Shown: positions 1 to 8,983 of the stretch, piece by piece
Layout of the letters: the number at the start of each line of letters is the position of its first letter
Numbering within the stretch: the first letter of the stretch is position 1
From: Actinomycetota bacterium
GTDB taxonomy: Bacteria; Actinomycetota; UBA4738; HRBIN12
Direction of reading: 5' to 3'
Length of the DNA: 64,000 nt
Assembly: GCA_036745475.1 (NCBI GenBank)
Contig: DAIOFZ010000001.1
Location: 1,211 to 65,210 of the forward strand
Notes under the pieces: generated by a model
Databases searched by the model: none
What the model saw: the letters and a program-made list of their open reading frames with translations, nothing else
Told to the model about the DNA's origin: nothing
Made by a program: the position numbers and the translations under genes

Positions 1-589
1 CGTTGCCCGCCGGTTCGGCGTGGTGCCGCGGATCCTCCCGATGAGCGACGACCCGGTGACCACGCGGATCTCCGTGGTCGCCGACGGCGAGGAGCTCGAC
101 CTGCACTTCCAGGAATACTGGGTCCGGCGCGGGGGACGCGACGAGGTGAAGGCCGTTCGGTACGAGGGCGCCGAACGTTCGCGACCCGCGCCCGGCGTCA
201 TCGAGGCGCTCGCGGACGCGGACGCGATCGTGCTGTGCCCGTCGAACCCGGTCGCCTCGCTCGGTCCGATCCTCGCGGTGCCCGGCATCCGCGACGCCGT
301 CGGGGCGCGTCGCAACGACGTCGTCGGCGTGAGCGGGATCGTGGCCGGCGCGCCGCTCGCGGGGATGGCGGACCGGCTGATGCCGGCGGCCGGCGCCGAG
401 GTCACCGCGGCCGGGGCGGCGGAGTGCTACCGGGGACTCCTGGGCGCCTGGGTTCTCGACGACGTCGACCGCGCGCTGATCCCTCGGATCGAGGCCACCG
501 GGGTGCGCGTCGGCGCGACCGACTCGATCATGACCGACGACGCGAAGGCGGAGGCACTCGCGCGGTTCGCGCTCGGTCTGCTGGGGTGA
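1..589 (+). CDS. cofD: 2-phospho-L-lactate transferase CofD/FbiA, C-terminal part (5' end lies upstream of the window)
   Basis: The frame is open from position 2. The translation ...FGVVPRILPMSDDPVTTRISV...VLCPSNPVASLGPILAVPGIR... matches the conserved C-terminal half of the CofD/FbiA (LPPG:Fo transferase) family. The next gene is fbiB. Confidence 0.8.
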   Translation, partial: VARRFGVVPRILPMSDDPVTTRISVVADGEELDLHFQEYWVRRGGRDEVKAVRYEGAERSRPAPGVIEALADADAIVLCPSNPVASLGPILAVPGIRDAVGARRNDVVGVSGIVAGAPLAGMADRLMPAAGAEVTAAGAAECYRGLLGAWVLDDVDRALIPRIEATGVRVGATDSIMTDDAKAEALARFALGLLG

Positions 590-608
590 TCGGGGCGACC
601 CCTTCCGC

Positions 609-1898
609 ATGAGCATCCAGGTGCTGCCCGTCGAGGGGCTCCCGGAGGTGCGACCGGGCGACGATCTCGCCGCGCTCCTCGCCGGACCGCTCGGCGCCAT
701 CGGTCTTGGCGACGGGGACGTGGTCGCGGTCACGCAGAAGATCGTGTCGAAGGCCGAGGGTCGCGTCGTCCTCGAGGAGGCCCGCGGCCGCGACGCGTGG
801 GTCGAACACGAGACGCGCCGTGTCGTCGCCCGACGCGGCGACCTCGTGATCGCCGAGACGCGCCACGGCCTCGTGTGCGCGAACGCCGGCGTCGACGCGT
901 CGAACGTCGAGGAGGGGTTCCTCACGCTGCTCCCGGAGGACCCCGACGCCTCCGCGGAACGGCTCCGCCGTGACCTGAGCGGACGGCTCGGCGTCGATGT
1001 GGGGGTCGTGATCACGGACACGTTCGGCAGGACCTGGCGGCGCGGTCTGGTGAACGTCTCGATCGGCTGCGCCGGCATCCCGTCCCTCGTCGACCTCCGC
1101 GGCAGCGCCGACCACCACGGCCGTCGGCTCGAGGCGACCGTCGTGGCGCTCGCCGACGAGGTGGCCGCCGCAAGCGGGCTGGCCATGGGCAAGGCGGCGC
1201 GGGTGCCGGTGGCGATCGTCCGGGGTGTCGGGTTCGAGCCGGCATCGGTACCGGCTGCCGAGATGGTCCGCCCCCCGGAGGAGGATCTGTTCCGGACGTC
1301 CCCGCTCCTGTCGATCTCGGAGCGCCGGACGATCCGGGCGTTCGGGGACGGCGAGGTGTCACGCGAGGCGGTGCAGGAGGCCGTCCGCGCCGCCTGCACC
1401 GCGCCGGCGCCGCATCACACGCGCCCGTGGTCGTTCACCGCGATCTGGACCGCGGCGGCCAAGCGGCGATTGCTCCGCGCGATCGCCGACGCCTGGCGCG
1501 AGGACCTGCGACGGGACGGGACGCCGGAGGCGACGATCGAACGCCGGATCGCGAGGAGCGACGCTGTGCTCGGCGCGGCGCCCGCCCTGATCGTCCCGTG
1601 GGTCCGGTTCCGCGGTGCCCATCCCTACGCCGACGCCGAGCGTTCACACGCCGAGCAGGAGATGTTCCTGTTGTCCGGCGGGGCAGCGATCCAGAACCTG
1701 CTCCTCGCGCTCTCGGCGCAGGGACTCGCCTCGTGCTGGATCTCCTCGACGCTGTTCTGCCAGCAGGAGAGCCGCGCCGCGCTCGGCATGTCCGACGAGT
1801 GGTTCGCGCTCGGGACCGTCGCGGTCGGGCCGATGCCGCCGGGGGCCGCGCCGCCGCGGCCCCCGCTCGACCTCTCCGAGCACCTGCGGACCCAGTGA
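609..1898 (+). CDS. fbiB: bifunctional F420 biosynthesis protein FbiB (CofE-like gamma-glutamyl ligase N-domain plus nitroreductase-like C-domain)
   Basis: 429 aa. The N-terminus (LPVEGLPEVRPGDDLAALLA...VVAVTQKIVSKAEGR) is CofE-like. The C-terminal half is a nitroreductase-fold, as in actinobacterial FbiB. The gene sits immediately downstream of cofD. Confidence 0.85.
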   Translation: MSIQVLPVEGLPEVRPGDDLAALLAGPLGAIGLGDGDVVAVTQKIVSKAEGRVVLEEARGRDAWVEHETRRVVARRGDLVIAETRHGLVCANAGVDASNVEEGFLTLLPEDPDASAERLRRDLSGRLGVDVGVVITDTFGRTWRRGLVNVSIGCAGIPSLVDLRGSADHHGRRLEATVVALADEVAAASGLAMGKAARVPVAIVRGVGFEPASVPAAEMVRPPEEDLFRTSPLLSISERRTIRAFGDGEVSREAVQEAVRAACTAPAPHHTRPWSFTAIWTAAAKRRLLRAIADAWREDLRRDGTPEATIERRIARSDAVLGAAPALIVPWVRFRGAHPYADAERSHAEQEMFLLSGGAAIQNLLLALSAQGLASCWISSTLFCQQESRAALGMSDEWFALGTVAVGPMPPGAAPPRPPLDLSEHLRTQ

Positions 1899-1919
1899 GC
1901 CGGCCCGCAACCCCTCGGC

Positions 1920-3341
1920 CTAGACCACCCCGTGCACGAAATACCAGGCGAAGATCGCGGCCACGACGTACAGGAGCGGGTGGACGTCCCGCCACCTGCC
2001 GCGAAGCACCGCGATCACGACGTACGAGAGGAACCCCGCCCCCACGCCGTTGGTGATGCTGTAGGTGAAGGGCATCATCACGATCGTGAGCAACGCCGGG
2101 ATGCCGATCCCGGGGTCGGACCACGAGATGTCCTTGACGAGCACCATCATGAAGTAGCCGACGAGCACGAGCGCCGGCGCGGTCGCCTCCGGCGGGATCA
2201 CGCCCGCGATCGGCGAGAAGAACATCGCGAGCAGGAACAGCGCGCCGACCACCACCGCGACGAGCCCCGTCCGTCCGCCCTCCGAGATCCCCGATGCGCT
2301 CTCGATGTAGGTGGTGTTCGATGAGGCCGACGTGGCACCGCCGGCCGCGGCCGCGATCGAGTCGATCAGCAGGACCCGCTTGATGCCGGGAAGCCTCCCG
2401 TTCGCGTCCAGCACTTTCATCTCGCCGCCGAGCCCGATCACCGTGCCCATCGTGTCGAAGAAGTCCGACAGCATCACGGAGAGCACCACCGCGAGCGCGG
2501 TCGCCGTCCCGAGCACCGAGAAGAAGTCGAACGAGAACGCGCCCACCAGCCCGAAGTCCGGCGTGTCGACAACCTTGTCCGGGATCGCCGCAACCCCGTT
2601 GCCCCAGATCGAAAGGTCCTTCGTCTCGTTCACGATGACGGCCAGCACCGTCGAGACCAGGATCCCGATAAGGAGGGCGCCCTTGACCCTGCGTGCCACC
2701 AGGGCGGCGCTCAGCGCGAGCCCGACGACGAAGATGCCGATCGGCCACGTCGTGAGCTCGCCCGCGAGGGCGAGCGGCGTGGCGCCCGTGTTCGTCACCA
2801 CCCCCGCGTTCACCAGACCGATCAGCGCGATGAAGGCCCCGATGCCGATCCCGATCGCGCGCTTGAGGTCCATCGGGATCGCGTTCAGGATCGCCTCGCG
2901 GACGCCGGTGAGGACCAGGATCGTGATGACGATGCCCTCGACGACGATGACGCCCATCGCCTGCGGGAACGAGAGGCCGTTTGCCGCAACCAGCGTGAAG
3001 GCGACGAACGCGTTCAGCCCCAACCCGGCCGCGAGCGCGAAGGGGTAGTTCGCGACGACCCCCATCAGGATCGTCATCACCCCGGCGACCAGCGCAGTCA
3101 CGGTGAGGACCTGCGCGAACGGCAGCCCGAGCGGCTGCAGGTCCGGCACCCCCGCGAAGCCGAGGATGGCCGGGTTCACGAACAGGATGTAGGCCATGGT
3201 CAGCCAGGTCGTGATACCGGCGATGATCTCGATCCGCACGGTGGAACCGCGCTCGGTGATCTTGAAGAACCTGTCGAGCCCGCCTCGCTGCGGCGGCCCC
3301 ACGCGAACCACGCTCCCCGTGCTGGTGTCCGTGTCCGCCAC
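1920..3341 (-). CDS. NCS2-family purine permease (AzgA-like guanine/hypoxanthine permease)
   Basis: The hallmark AzgA N-terminus FFKITERGSTVRIEIIAGITTWLTMAYILFVNPAIL is present, with about 12 TM helices. The longest ORF (to 3533) adds about 60 aa of non-family sequence. In-frame GTG candidates at 3341, 3311 and 3302 are each preceded by GGGAG-type SD sequences, so the exact start is uncertain. Confidence 0.8.
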   Translation of the reverse strand: MADTDTSTGSVVRVGPPQRGGLDRFFKITERGSTVRIEIIAGITTWLTMAYILFVNPAILGFAGVPDLQPLGLPFAQVLTVTALVAGVMTILMGVVANYPFALAAGLGLNAFVAFTLVAANGLSFPQAMGVIVVEGIVITILVLTGVREAILNAIPMDLKRAIGIGIGAFIALIGLVNAGVVTNTGATPLALAGELTTWPIGIFVVGLALSAALVARRVKGALLIGILVSTVLAVIVNETKDLSIWGNGVAAIPDKVVDTPDFGLVGAFSFDFFSVLGTATALAVVLSVMLSDFFDTMGTVIGLGGEMKVLDANGRLPGIKRVLLIDSIAAAAGGATSASSNTTYIESASGISEGGRTGLVAVVVGALFLLAMFFSPIAGVIPPEATAPALVLVGYFMMVLVKDISWSDPGIGIPALLTIVMMPFTYSITNGVGAGFLSYVVIAVLRGRWRDVHPLLYVVAAIFAWYFVHGVV

Positions 3342-3520
3342 GCCTCCCCCTTTCCGGCCGGCGATGCGCCGGCCCGAGCCCCCGGGGAAGTCGGCCGAAG
3401 CATAGGGAGGCGGATGGGCCGCCGCAAGGCTCACGAACCGCGAGATCTCATCGAGCGATCGCCCGGCCAACCCGGCCGCTTCGTGGCTATCCTTGTGGTC
3501 CGCCTCGAGCGGGACCTGAG

Positions 3521-4261
3521 ATGTCCAACCCAACGTCCAAGCAGCGTCTGACCAAGGCCGAGCGCAAGGAGGAGGCCAGGCGTCAGCGCGTCGAGCTCCA
3601 GCGCAAGATGGCCAGGAGCCGCCGCAACCGCCGGGTCGCGATCGGCGTCGTGGTCGTCCTGATCGCGGGGGTGGCCGCGTTCGCCCTCACCAGGCCGCAG
3701 GAGGCTCAGGCCACGCCGTCGGACCTCCTCGAAAACGTCGACCAGGCAAGGGAGATCGCCGGCTGCGCCCCGGTGGAGGACGTCGGCCCGTACCAGCCCA
3801 AGACCCAGGATCGAGCTCATGTCGTCGCCTCGTTGCCACTCAGGACGTACCCGTCCGTGCCGCCCGCGTCCGGACCGCACAACGCGATCCCGTACGGGGC
3901 CGGGGTGTACAGCACCCCCCCGCCGATCGACCGCGTGATCCACTCGCTCGAGCACGGCGCGGCGATCGTCTGGTATTCGCCCGACGCCTCCGGCGAGGAG
4001 CTCGACCGGATCCGCACGTTCTACGAGGACCGGGAAGTGGGCAGCCGCGTGATCGTCGCCCCGTACGACTATCCCGACGAGGGAGCCGCCGGAACGCTTC
4101 CCGCCGGAACCCAGATGGCGTTGGTCGCCTGGCACACGGTGCAGAAGTGCGCGAACGTGAACCTGGCTGCCGCTTTCGGGTTCACGTCGTCGTACGCGGC
4201 GCCGCCGTTCGAACAGCAGCCGTACGAGGGCAAGGCGCCCGAAGCGGGCAGGGCCTTCTGA
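3521..4261 (+). CDS. membrane-anchored DUF3105 domain protein (K/R-rich cytoplasmic tail, one TM, extracytoplasmic domain)
   Basis: The architecture is a basic N-terminal tail, a TM helix (VAIGVVVVLIAGVAAFAL), then a domain with GPHNAIPY...HSLEHGAAIVWYSP...ALVAWHTVQKC. It is paralogous to 5166..5897. Confidence 0.7.
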   Translation: MSNPTSKQRLTKAERKEEARRQRVELQRKMARSRRNRRVAIGVVVVLIAGVAAFALTRPQEAQATPSDLLENVDQAREIAGCAPVEDVGPYQPKTQDRAHVVASLPLRTYPSVPPASGPHNAIPYGAGVYSTPPPIDRVIHSLEHGAAIVWYSPDASGEELDRIRTFYEDREVGSRVIVAPYDYPDEGAAGTLPAGTQMALVAWHTVQKCANVNLAAAFGFTSSYAAPPFEQQPYEGKAPEAGRAF

Positions 4262-4282
4262 CCGGCCGAGGACGCTGAGGTC

Positions 4283-5155
4283 ATGGCGAAGAAGCGGCGC
4301 AGGCCCCAGAACCGTTCGAGGAACCGACCGGCGGCCTCCTCGACCCGGACGGCGGAGCGGCCGCGCCCGACGGCTCCACAGGAGTCAGCTCCCGACGGGC
4401 GTCCGGACCCGAAGGGGTCGGAGCTCAAGGCCGAGCCACGGCGGCAGCGCCCGGCCTCGCCCGGGCCGGCCCCCGGTCCCCAGCGGTCTCGGGCCGAGAA
4501 GAAGGAGCTCGCGCGCGCCGAACGCGAGGCCGCCCGCCGCAGGATCGCGCGCGCCCAGCGTCGGCGCCAGCTCGCGTGGATCGCCGGGATCACCGTCGTC
4601 GTGGCGGCCGGCGTGTTCGTCTTCACCAACCGGAACGATCAGGGAACGTCCGGCGTTACCCTCCCCGGCGAGCTCACCACCGAGGCCCCCTGGGACGCGA
4701 ACGCCGCGAAGTCGGCCGCGCGTGCGACCGCGCTCGGCCTCCCGGCCGAAGGCACGACCATGCACGAGCACGCGGACGTGGAGATCTTCGTTCACGCCTC
4801 CAAGGAACCCGTCCCGACCGACATCGGGATCGACGCCTCGAAGGGAACGATCCAGTCGATCCACACCCACGACGACACGGGGCTGGTGCATCTCGAATCG
4901 TCGCAATCGCGCGAGTTCACGCTCGGCGAGTTCTTCGGCGTGTGGGGGGTCCGCTTCACGCCGAGCTGCCTTGGGGCCTATTGCAACGAGAGGAACAACC
5001 GCCTCCAGGTGTTCGTGGACGGCGAGGAGGTCAACGGCAGCCTGCAGGACGTGCAGCTGGACGATCAGACCGTGATCGTGGTCACGTACGGAACCCCGAC
5101 CGAGCTCCCCGACCCGATCCCTTCGTCGTTCGACTTCTCCTCGATCAACCCGTAG
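4283..5155 (+). CDS. hypothetical membrane-anchored protein (K/R-rich tail, one TM, His-rich extracytoplasmic domain)
   Basis: Its N-terminus MAKKRRRPQNRSRNRP is nearly identical in style to the next gene. It has a TM helix (WIAGITVVVAAGVFVF) and an extracytoplasmic domain with MHEHADVEIFVH...HTHDDTGLVHLE and two Cys. It lies between the two DUF3105 paralogs. Confidence 0.55.
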   Translation: MAKKRRRPQNRSRNRPAASSTRTAERPRPTAPQESAPDGRPDPKGSELKAEPRRQRPASPGPAPGPQRSRAEKKELARAEREAARRRIARAQRRRQLAWIAGITVVVAAGVFVFTNRNDQGTSGVTLPGELTTEAPWDANAAKSAARATALGLPAEGTTMHEHADVEIFVHASKEPVPTDIGIDASKGTIQSIHTHDDTGLVHLESSQSREFTLGEFFGVWGVRFTPSCLGAYCNERNNRLQVFVDGEEVNGSLQDVQLDDQTVIVVTYGTPTELPDPIPSSFDFSSINP

Positions 5156-5165
5156 CGGCGCCGCG

Positions 5166-5897
5166 TTGGCGAAGAAACGCAGGCGCCGACCCTCCGGTCC
5201 CCGACCGGCGGGGGGATCCCGCCCGAAGGGGACGAAGCCGGAACCCTCGTCCGGGCGCAGCCGAACGGTTCAACCCGCGGAGCGCCGCCCGTGGGGCATC
5301 ATGCGGTTCGCGGCGATCGCAGGCTTCATCGCGCTGGGCTGGCTGCTCTTCTTCCGGACGGCCGGCCCCGGCGAGGTCTCGGCCGCGGCGCGTTCGGCGG
5401 TCACGGCGGCGGGGTGCGGCGACCTCGAGCAGCCCGTCGTGCCGGACCCGTCGCGGGTCCACCTCGCGCCGGGTGAGTCGTTCGACTACCCCGATCGGCC
5501 GGCGGCGGCCGGACCCCACGACGCGTCGCCCCTGCCGCCGGACCCGCACGTCTACCGGATCCCGGTCCCCGAGGCGCGGGCGGTCCACAACCTCGAGCAC
5601 GCCTACGTGATCATCTACTACCGCCCCGCCGCCGAAGACGGGCTCGCCCAGGAGACGATCGACCGCGTGGCGGCGATCGCCCGGGACGAGGGCCGCGTGA
5701 TCATGGCCCCCTACCCCGCGCTCCCGGACGACCGGGCGTTCGCGCTGCTCGCCTGGAACACGCGGTGGATGTGCCCCGCAACGATCTCGGCGGACCAGGC
5801 GGTCACGATGACGACGTCGTTCATCGATGCGTTCCGCGGAACCTCGGTCGCGCCGGAGGCCCCGCACGGGCTGCTCGGCCCGCTGTTCCAGAGGTAG
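5166..5897 (+). CDS. membrane-anchored DUF3105 domain protein (paralog of 3521..4261)
   Basis: The start codon is TTG. The N-terminus MAKKRRRRPSGPRP mirrors the preceding gene. It has a TM helix (FAAIAGFIALGWLLFF) and a domain with GPHDASP...HNLEHAYVIIYYRP...ALLAWNTRWMC that aligns with gene 3521..4261. Confidence 0.65.
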   Translation: MAKKRRRRPSGPRPAGGSRPKGTKPEPSSGRSRTVQPAERRPWGIMRFAAIAGFIALGWLLFFRTAGPGEVSAAARSAVTAAGCGDLEQPVVPDPSRVHLAPGESFDYPDRPAAAGPHDASPLPPDPHVYRIPVPEARAVHNLEHAYVIIYYRPAAEDGLAQETIDRVAAIARDEGRVIMAPYPALPDDRAFALLAWNTRWMCPATISADQAVTMTTSFIDAFRGTSVAPEAPHGLLGPLFQR

Positions 5898-5909
5898 CGT
5901 CAGACGGTC

Positions 5910-7457
5910 CTAGGTGACGTTGCAGCTGGAGTCGTCGGGGTCGCAGGTGATGACGCCGCCCTCGAAGCTCGCCCGGAGGTTCCCGTTCTGGAGCCTGTGG
6001 ACGTCGGAGGTCGGGAACCCGAGGCGACCCACCGGGCCGCCCTTGGACAGATAGCGGCTCAGCACCAGGCCTCGCAGGACATGCGCGCCGGTCGAAGCCG
6101 AGTGGTAGATCGTCCCGTCCTCGAACTTCTGCCGCTCGCCGCCGGCCACCGAGACCTGGCGCGAGGTCGGGAGCCCGGGCGAGCAGCCGAGGCCGTCGTA
6201 CTTGGCCCGGATCTCGCCGGTGATGCTCCGGTCCGCGTTGATCCACAGCCGGTCGTCCGGCAGGCCGAGGCTCGAACGCAGCTTGTCGCCGCTGATCGCG
6301 TCCTGGCCGTTCGCGCCCTTGACCGTGACCGACATGATCCTGCCCGAGACGCCGCGGTCCACGTTGGTGAACCCGGTCACGGTCCCGATGCCGAGCCGGA
6401 GATGCCCCGTCACCTCCGCGGGAGTGAACGTCCGCACCCAGACGGCGTTCGGGTTCTCGGAGGTGTAGTCCCCGGGGTCGCACACCCCGCGCAGGTAGTC
6501 GATCGGCGTGCCGCCCCACACGTTCTCGTTGTTCTCCGTGTACCCGCCCGAGGAGGACATGTAGAAGGCCTGGATCGTCTGCCCGCCGTTCAGCACCACC
6601 TGATCGTCCGTCTGGTCCACCGCGGAGACCCACCGGTCGCCGTCGACGCCCGCCTCCTTGTCCCAGCCCACGTACACCTGGTCGTACGAGCTCGCGTACA
6701 GCGCACAGTCGCACACCGCCCGGTGCTGCGAGGCCGCGGCCTTCGTGAAGGCATACGTCCGCGCCGCGATCGCCTGGGTCTTGAGGGCCGACATCGGCCA
6801 CGAGCTCGGAACCTCGCCGAGGCCATAGAGGTAGCCCTGCGGATCGATCGTGAGGACGAGTCGCATCGCGCAACCCCCCGCGCACGAGTACTGGCCGAGC
6901 TCGATCGACCCACGGTTGTAGGTGTGCCCCGCCTCGGGGATGCGCACGCTCGAGTCCAGCGACTCGTAGACAAGGTAGATCGGGTCGTTCGGCCCCCCGA
7001 CGCGATCGACCGTGACGCCGGCCTGGTTGGCGATCAGGTATTCGTTGCTCGCGGCGCGAACACGCCACGTCTCACCGGCGGGGATCGTCGCGACCGTCGA
7101 ACCTGTCTGCGGGTCGCCCATCCGGATCTCGATCGAACCGGCCTGCGCCTCGAGCCGGATCGAATCCTTGCCCTGGACCAGCCCGATCCGAAGGTTCGCC
7201 GGCGGGCCGCTCCCTCCCGCGACGCGCGTGCCCGAGTAGAAGTGCCTGAGGATCTTCGAGGGCCCCCATCCCTGTCCCGCGAGGCCGTAGGCGCCCCACT
7301 GCGAGAGCCCCAGGCCGTGCCCGAACCCGGCACCGAACATCCGGAACTGCAACGGCTCGTCGGGCTCGCGGTTCGGTCCTGCGCCCGCAGGGTTCGCGCC
7401 GGCAACCCAGGGGACCACGAGGGCGACGAGGATGGCGAGGATGAGGGCTCTGCGCAT
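5910..7457 (-). CDS. SpoIID/LytB-domain cell-wall protein with C-terminal LGFP repeats (secreted)
   Basis: A signal peptide is present (MRRALILAILVALVVPWVAGA). The SpoIID/amidase-enhancer core motifs are present (FGHGLGLSQWGAYG, YMSSSGGYTENNENVWG). The C-terminus carries two LGFP/LGLP repeats. Confidence 0.8.
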   Translation of the reverse strand: MRRALILAILVALVVPWVAGANPAGAGPNREPDEPLQFRMFGAGFGHGLGLSQWGAYGLAGQGWGPSKILRHFYSGTRVAGGSGPPANLRIGLVQGKDSIRLEAQAGSIEIRMGDPQTGSTVATIPAGETWRVRAASNEYLIANQAGVTVDRVGGPNDPIYLVYESLDSSVRIPEAGHTYNRGSIELGQYSCAGGCAMRLVLTIDPQGYLYGLGEVPSSWPMSALKTQAIAARTYAFTKAAASQHRAVCDCALYASSYDQVYVGWDKEAGVDGDRWVSAVDQTDDQVVLNGGQTIQAFYMSSSGGYTENNENVWGGTPIDYLRGVCDPGDYTSENPNAVWVRTFTPAEVTGHLRLGIGTVTGFTNVDRGVSGRIMSVTVKGANGQDAISGDKLRSSLGLPDDRLWINADRSITGEIRAKYDGLGCSPGLPTSRQVSVAGGERQKFEDGTIYHSASTGAHVLRGLVLSRYLSKGGPVGRLGFPTSDVHRLQNGNLRASFEGGVITCDPDDSSCNVT

Positions 7458-7528
7458 GCTCCGAAGGGTTCGATGCGGATGGTTCGGGCGGGCCGCACCG
7501 TATCACAACGTCCCGGCCGACCCGAAGG

Positions 7529-8551
7529 TCACGCCTCGACCCGTTCCCCTGGTCGGACCCGACCCTCGCGCACCGAGGCGCCGGCGCCCACCACGGCCCC
7601 CTCGCCCAGCACGGAATCGCGGACCGAACCACCCCGCATCACCCTCGAGCCGGGACCGAGGATCGAGCGCTCCACGATCGTGTCGGGTTCGACCACCGCA
7701 CGCTCGTGCAGGACGGTGTCGCTCACCCGCGCCCCCGTCTCGATCCTGGCGCGACGCCCGACGACGACATGCTCGTTCACTGTCGCGCCGCGGTCGATCC
7801 GGCCGTCGCCGTCGACGTACGGCGACGGGTACGAGCGGTGGCCGTCCACCCGGCCGTCGAGCAGGTCGAACTGCGCCTGCAGGTACGCCTGCGGCGTCCC
7901 GAGATCCATCCAGTACGCCTCGGAAGGGAACCCCGCGAGGGGTCGACCTGCGGCGATGAGCGACGGGAAGATCTGGCGCTCGATCGAGACGTTCTCGCCG
8001 GGGGTCCAGCCCTCGAGCGCGACGGGGTCCAGGACGTAGGTACCCGCGTTGATGTCGCCCGGCACGAGCTCCGAGGGCTTCTCGCGGAACTCGAGCACCC
8101 GCCCGTCGGCGTCCAACGGCACGAGGCCGTACGGCCGAGCGTCCTCGACGTGCGTGAGCGCGATCGTCGCCACCGCGCCCCGATCGCGGTGCCTCGCAAG
8201 CATCTCGGTGAGGTCCAGGTCGGTGAGGATGTCGCCGTTGACCGCGAAGAAGGGGTCGTCCGTGCCGATGGCTCCGAGCGCGTTCACGATCGCGCCGCCC
8301 GTGCCGAGCGGCTCGGTCTCGGTGATCCAGGTGATCGACGGGTCGCCGCCCCGAGCCTGGATGAACGTGTGAAAGGTCCCCTCCAGGTACGAGCTGGACA
8401 GCACGACCTCGTGCACGCCGTGGCCCGCCAGGTGGTCGAGCACGTGGTCGAGGCTCGGCCGGTCCAGGAGCGGGATGAGCGGCTTGGGGAGGGTTTCGGT
8501 GATCGGGCGCAGGCGTGTGCCCTCACCGCCGACGAGCACGACGGCCTTCAT
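7529..8551 (-). CDS. mannose-1-phosphate guanylyltransferase (GDP-mannose pyrophosphorylase; NDP-sugar pyrophosphorylase with C-terminal left-handed beta-helix)
   Basis: The N-terminal nucleotidyltransferase signature is MKAVVLVGGEGTRLRPITETLPKPLIP. The C-terminus has hexapeptide repeats. The gene sits in a polysaccharide locus only 4 nt downstream of the preceding gene. Confidence 0.8.
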   Translation of the reverse strand: MKAVVLVGGEGTRLRPITETLPKPLIPLLDRPSLDHVLDHLAGHGVHEVVLSSSYLEGTFHTFIQARGGDPSITWITETEPLGTGGAIVNALGAIGTDDPFFAVNGDILTDLDLTEMLARHRDRGAVATIALTHVEDARPYGLVPLDADGRVLEFREKPSELVPGDINAGTYVLDPVALEGWTPGENVSIERQIFPSLIAAGRPLAGFPSEAYWMDLGTPQAYLQAQFDLLDGRVDGHRSYPSPYVDGDGRIDRGATVNEHVVVGRRARIETGARVSDTVLHERAVVEPDTIVERSILGPGSRVMRGGSVRDSVLGEGAVVGAGASVREGRVRPGERVEA

Positions 8552-8555
8552 CGGG

Positions 8556-8933
8556 TCACGTGTGTTGGGTCTGCGAGACGAGGATGATGCCTACGCCGAT
8601 GAACGCGACCCCCGCCCAACGCAGCGGCGGCACCGTCTCGTCCAGCACGAACTGGTCGAAGAGCAGGATCAGCACGTACGTGAGCGCGGCGAACGGGTAG
8701 GCGAACGAGAGCGAGGCCCTCGACAGCACCACCAGCCAGACGAGGGCGGACAGGCCGAACAGGAACAGCCCGGCCCAGACGAACGGCTGGCCGACGACCT
8801 CCCGCAGCGAGGGACCGTTCAGCGAGAAGGTCTGCGGCGCGAGCTCGTCGTTCACGAGGTTCATGCCGTGCTTGAGCGCCAGCTGCGCGACCGCGGCCAG
8901 CGTGACGGAGAACAGGATCAGCGCGATCAACAT
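8556..8933 (-). CDS. ArnE/ArnF-like DMT-superfamily small membrane protein (putative polyprenyl-phosphate-sugar flippase subunit)
   Basis: 125 aa with 4 TM helices. The motifs VAQLALKHG and FAYPFAALTYVLILLF...PLRWAGVAFIGVGIILV resemble the ArnE/F / EamA half-transporter. The start is an ATG inside a longer R-rich ORF, and AAAGGGA lies upstream. Confidence 0.65.
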   Translation of the reverse strand: MLIALILFSVTLAAVAQLALKHGMNLVNDELAPQTFSLNGPSLREVVGQPFVWAGLFLFGLSALVWLVVLSRASLSFAYPFAALTYVLILLFDQFVLDETVPPLRWAGVAFIGVGIILVSQTQHT

Positions 8934-8983
8934 CGGAGGGATCCCTTTCGTCTGGGTGGTGACCGGGTCGGTCTTGGGTTCGG

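Noticed and set aside
3342-3520. Possible purine riboswitch in the 5' leader of the purine permease (divergent intergenic region)
   Set aside because: I could not recognise the conserved purine-riboswitch loop and junction nucleotides by eye in this GC-rich spacer. A covariance-model scan (Rfam purine) would be needed. The site is left as an unverified possibility only.
1920-3533. Full-length 537-aa version of the purine permease ORF, and similarly full-length versions of Wzt (to 10909), GT4 (to 13969), HerA (to 41888), SbcC (to 40953), NUDIX (to 48379), Ccr (to 52612) and nuclease (to 54110)
   Set aside because: The N-terminal extensions do not match the respective families and are R/G-rich. 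They often overlap the neighbouring gene. Internal ATG/GTG starts with SD-like sequences or stop-overlap coupling give family-typical N-termini.
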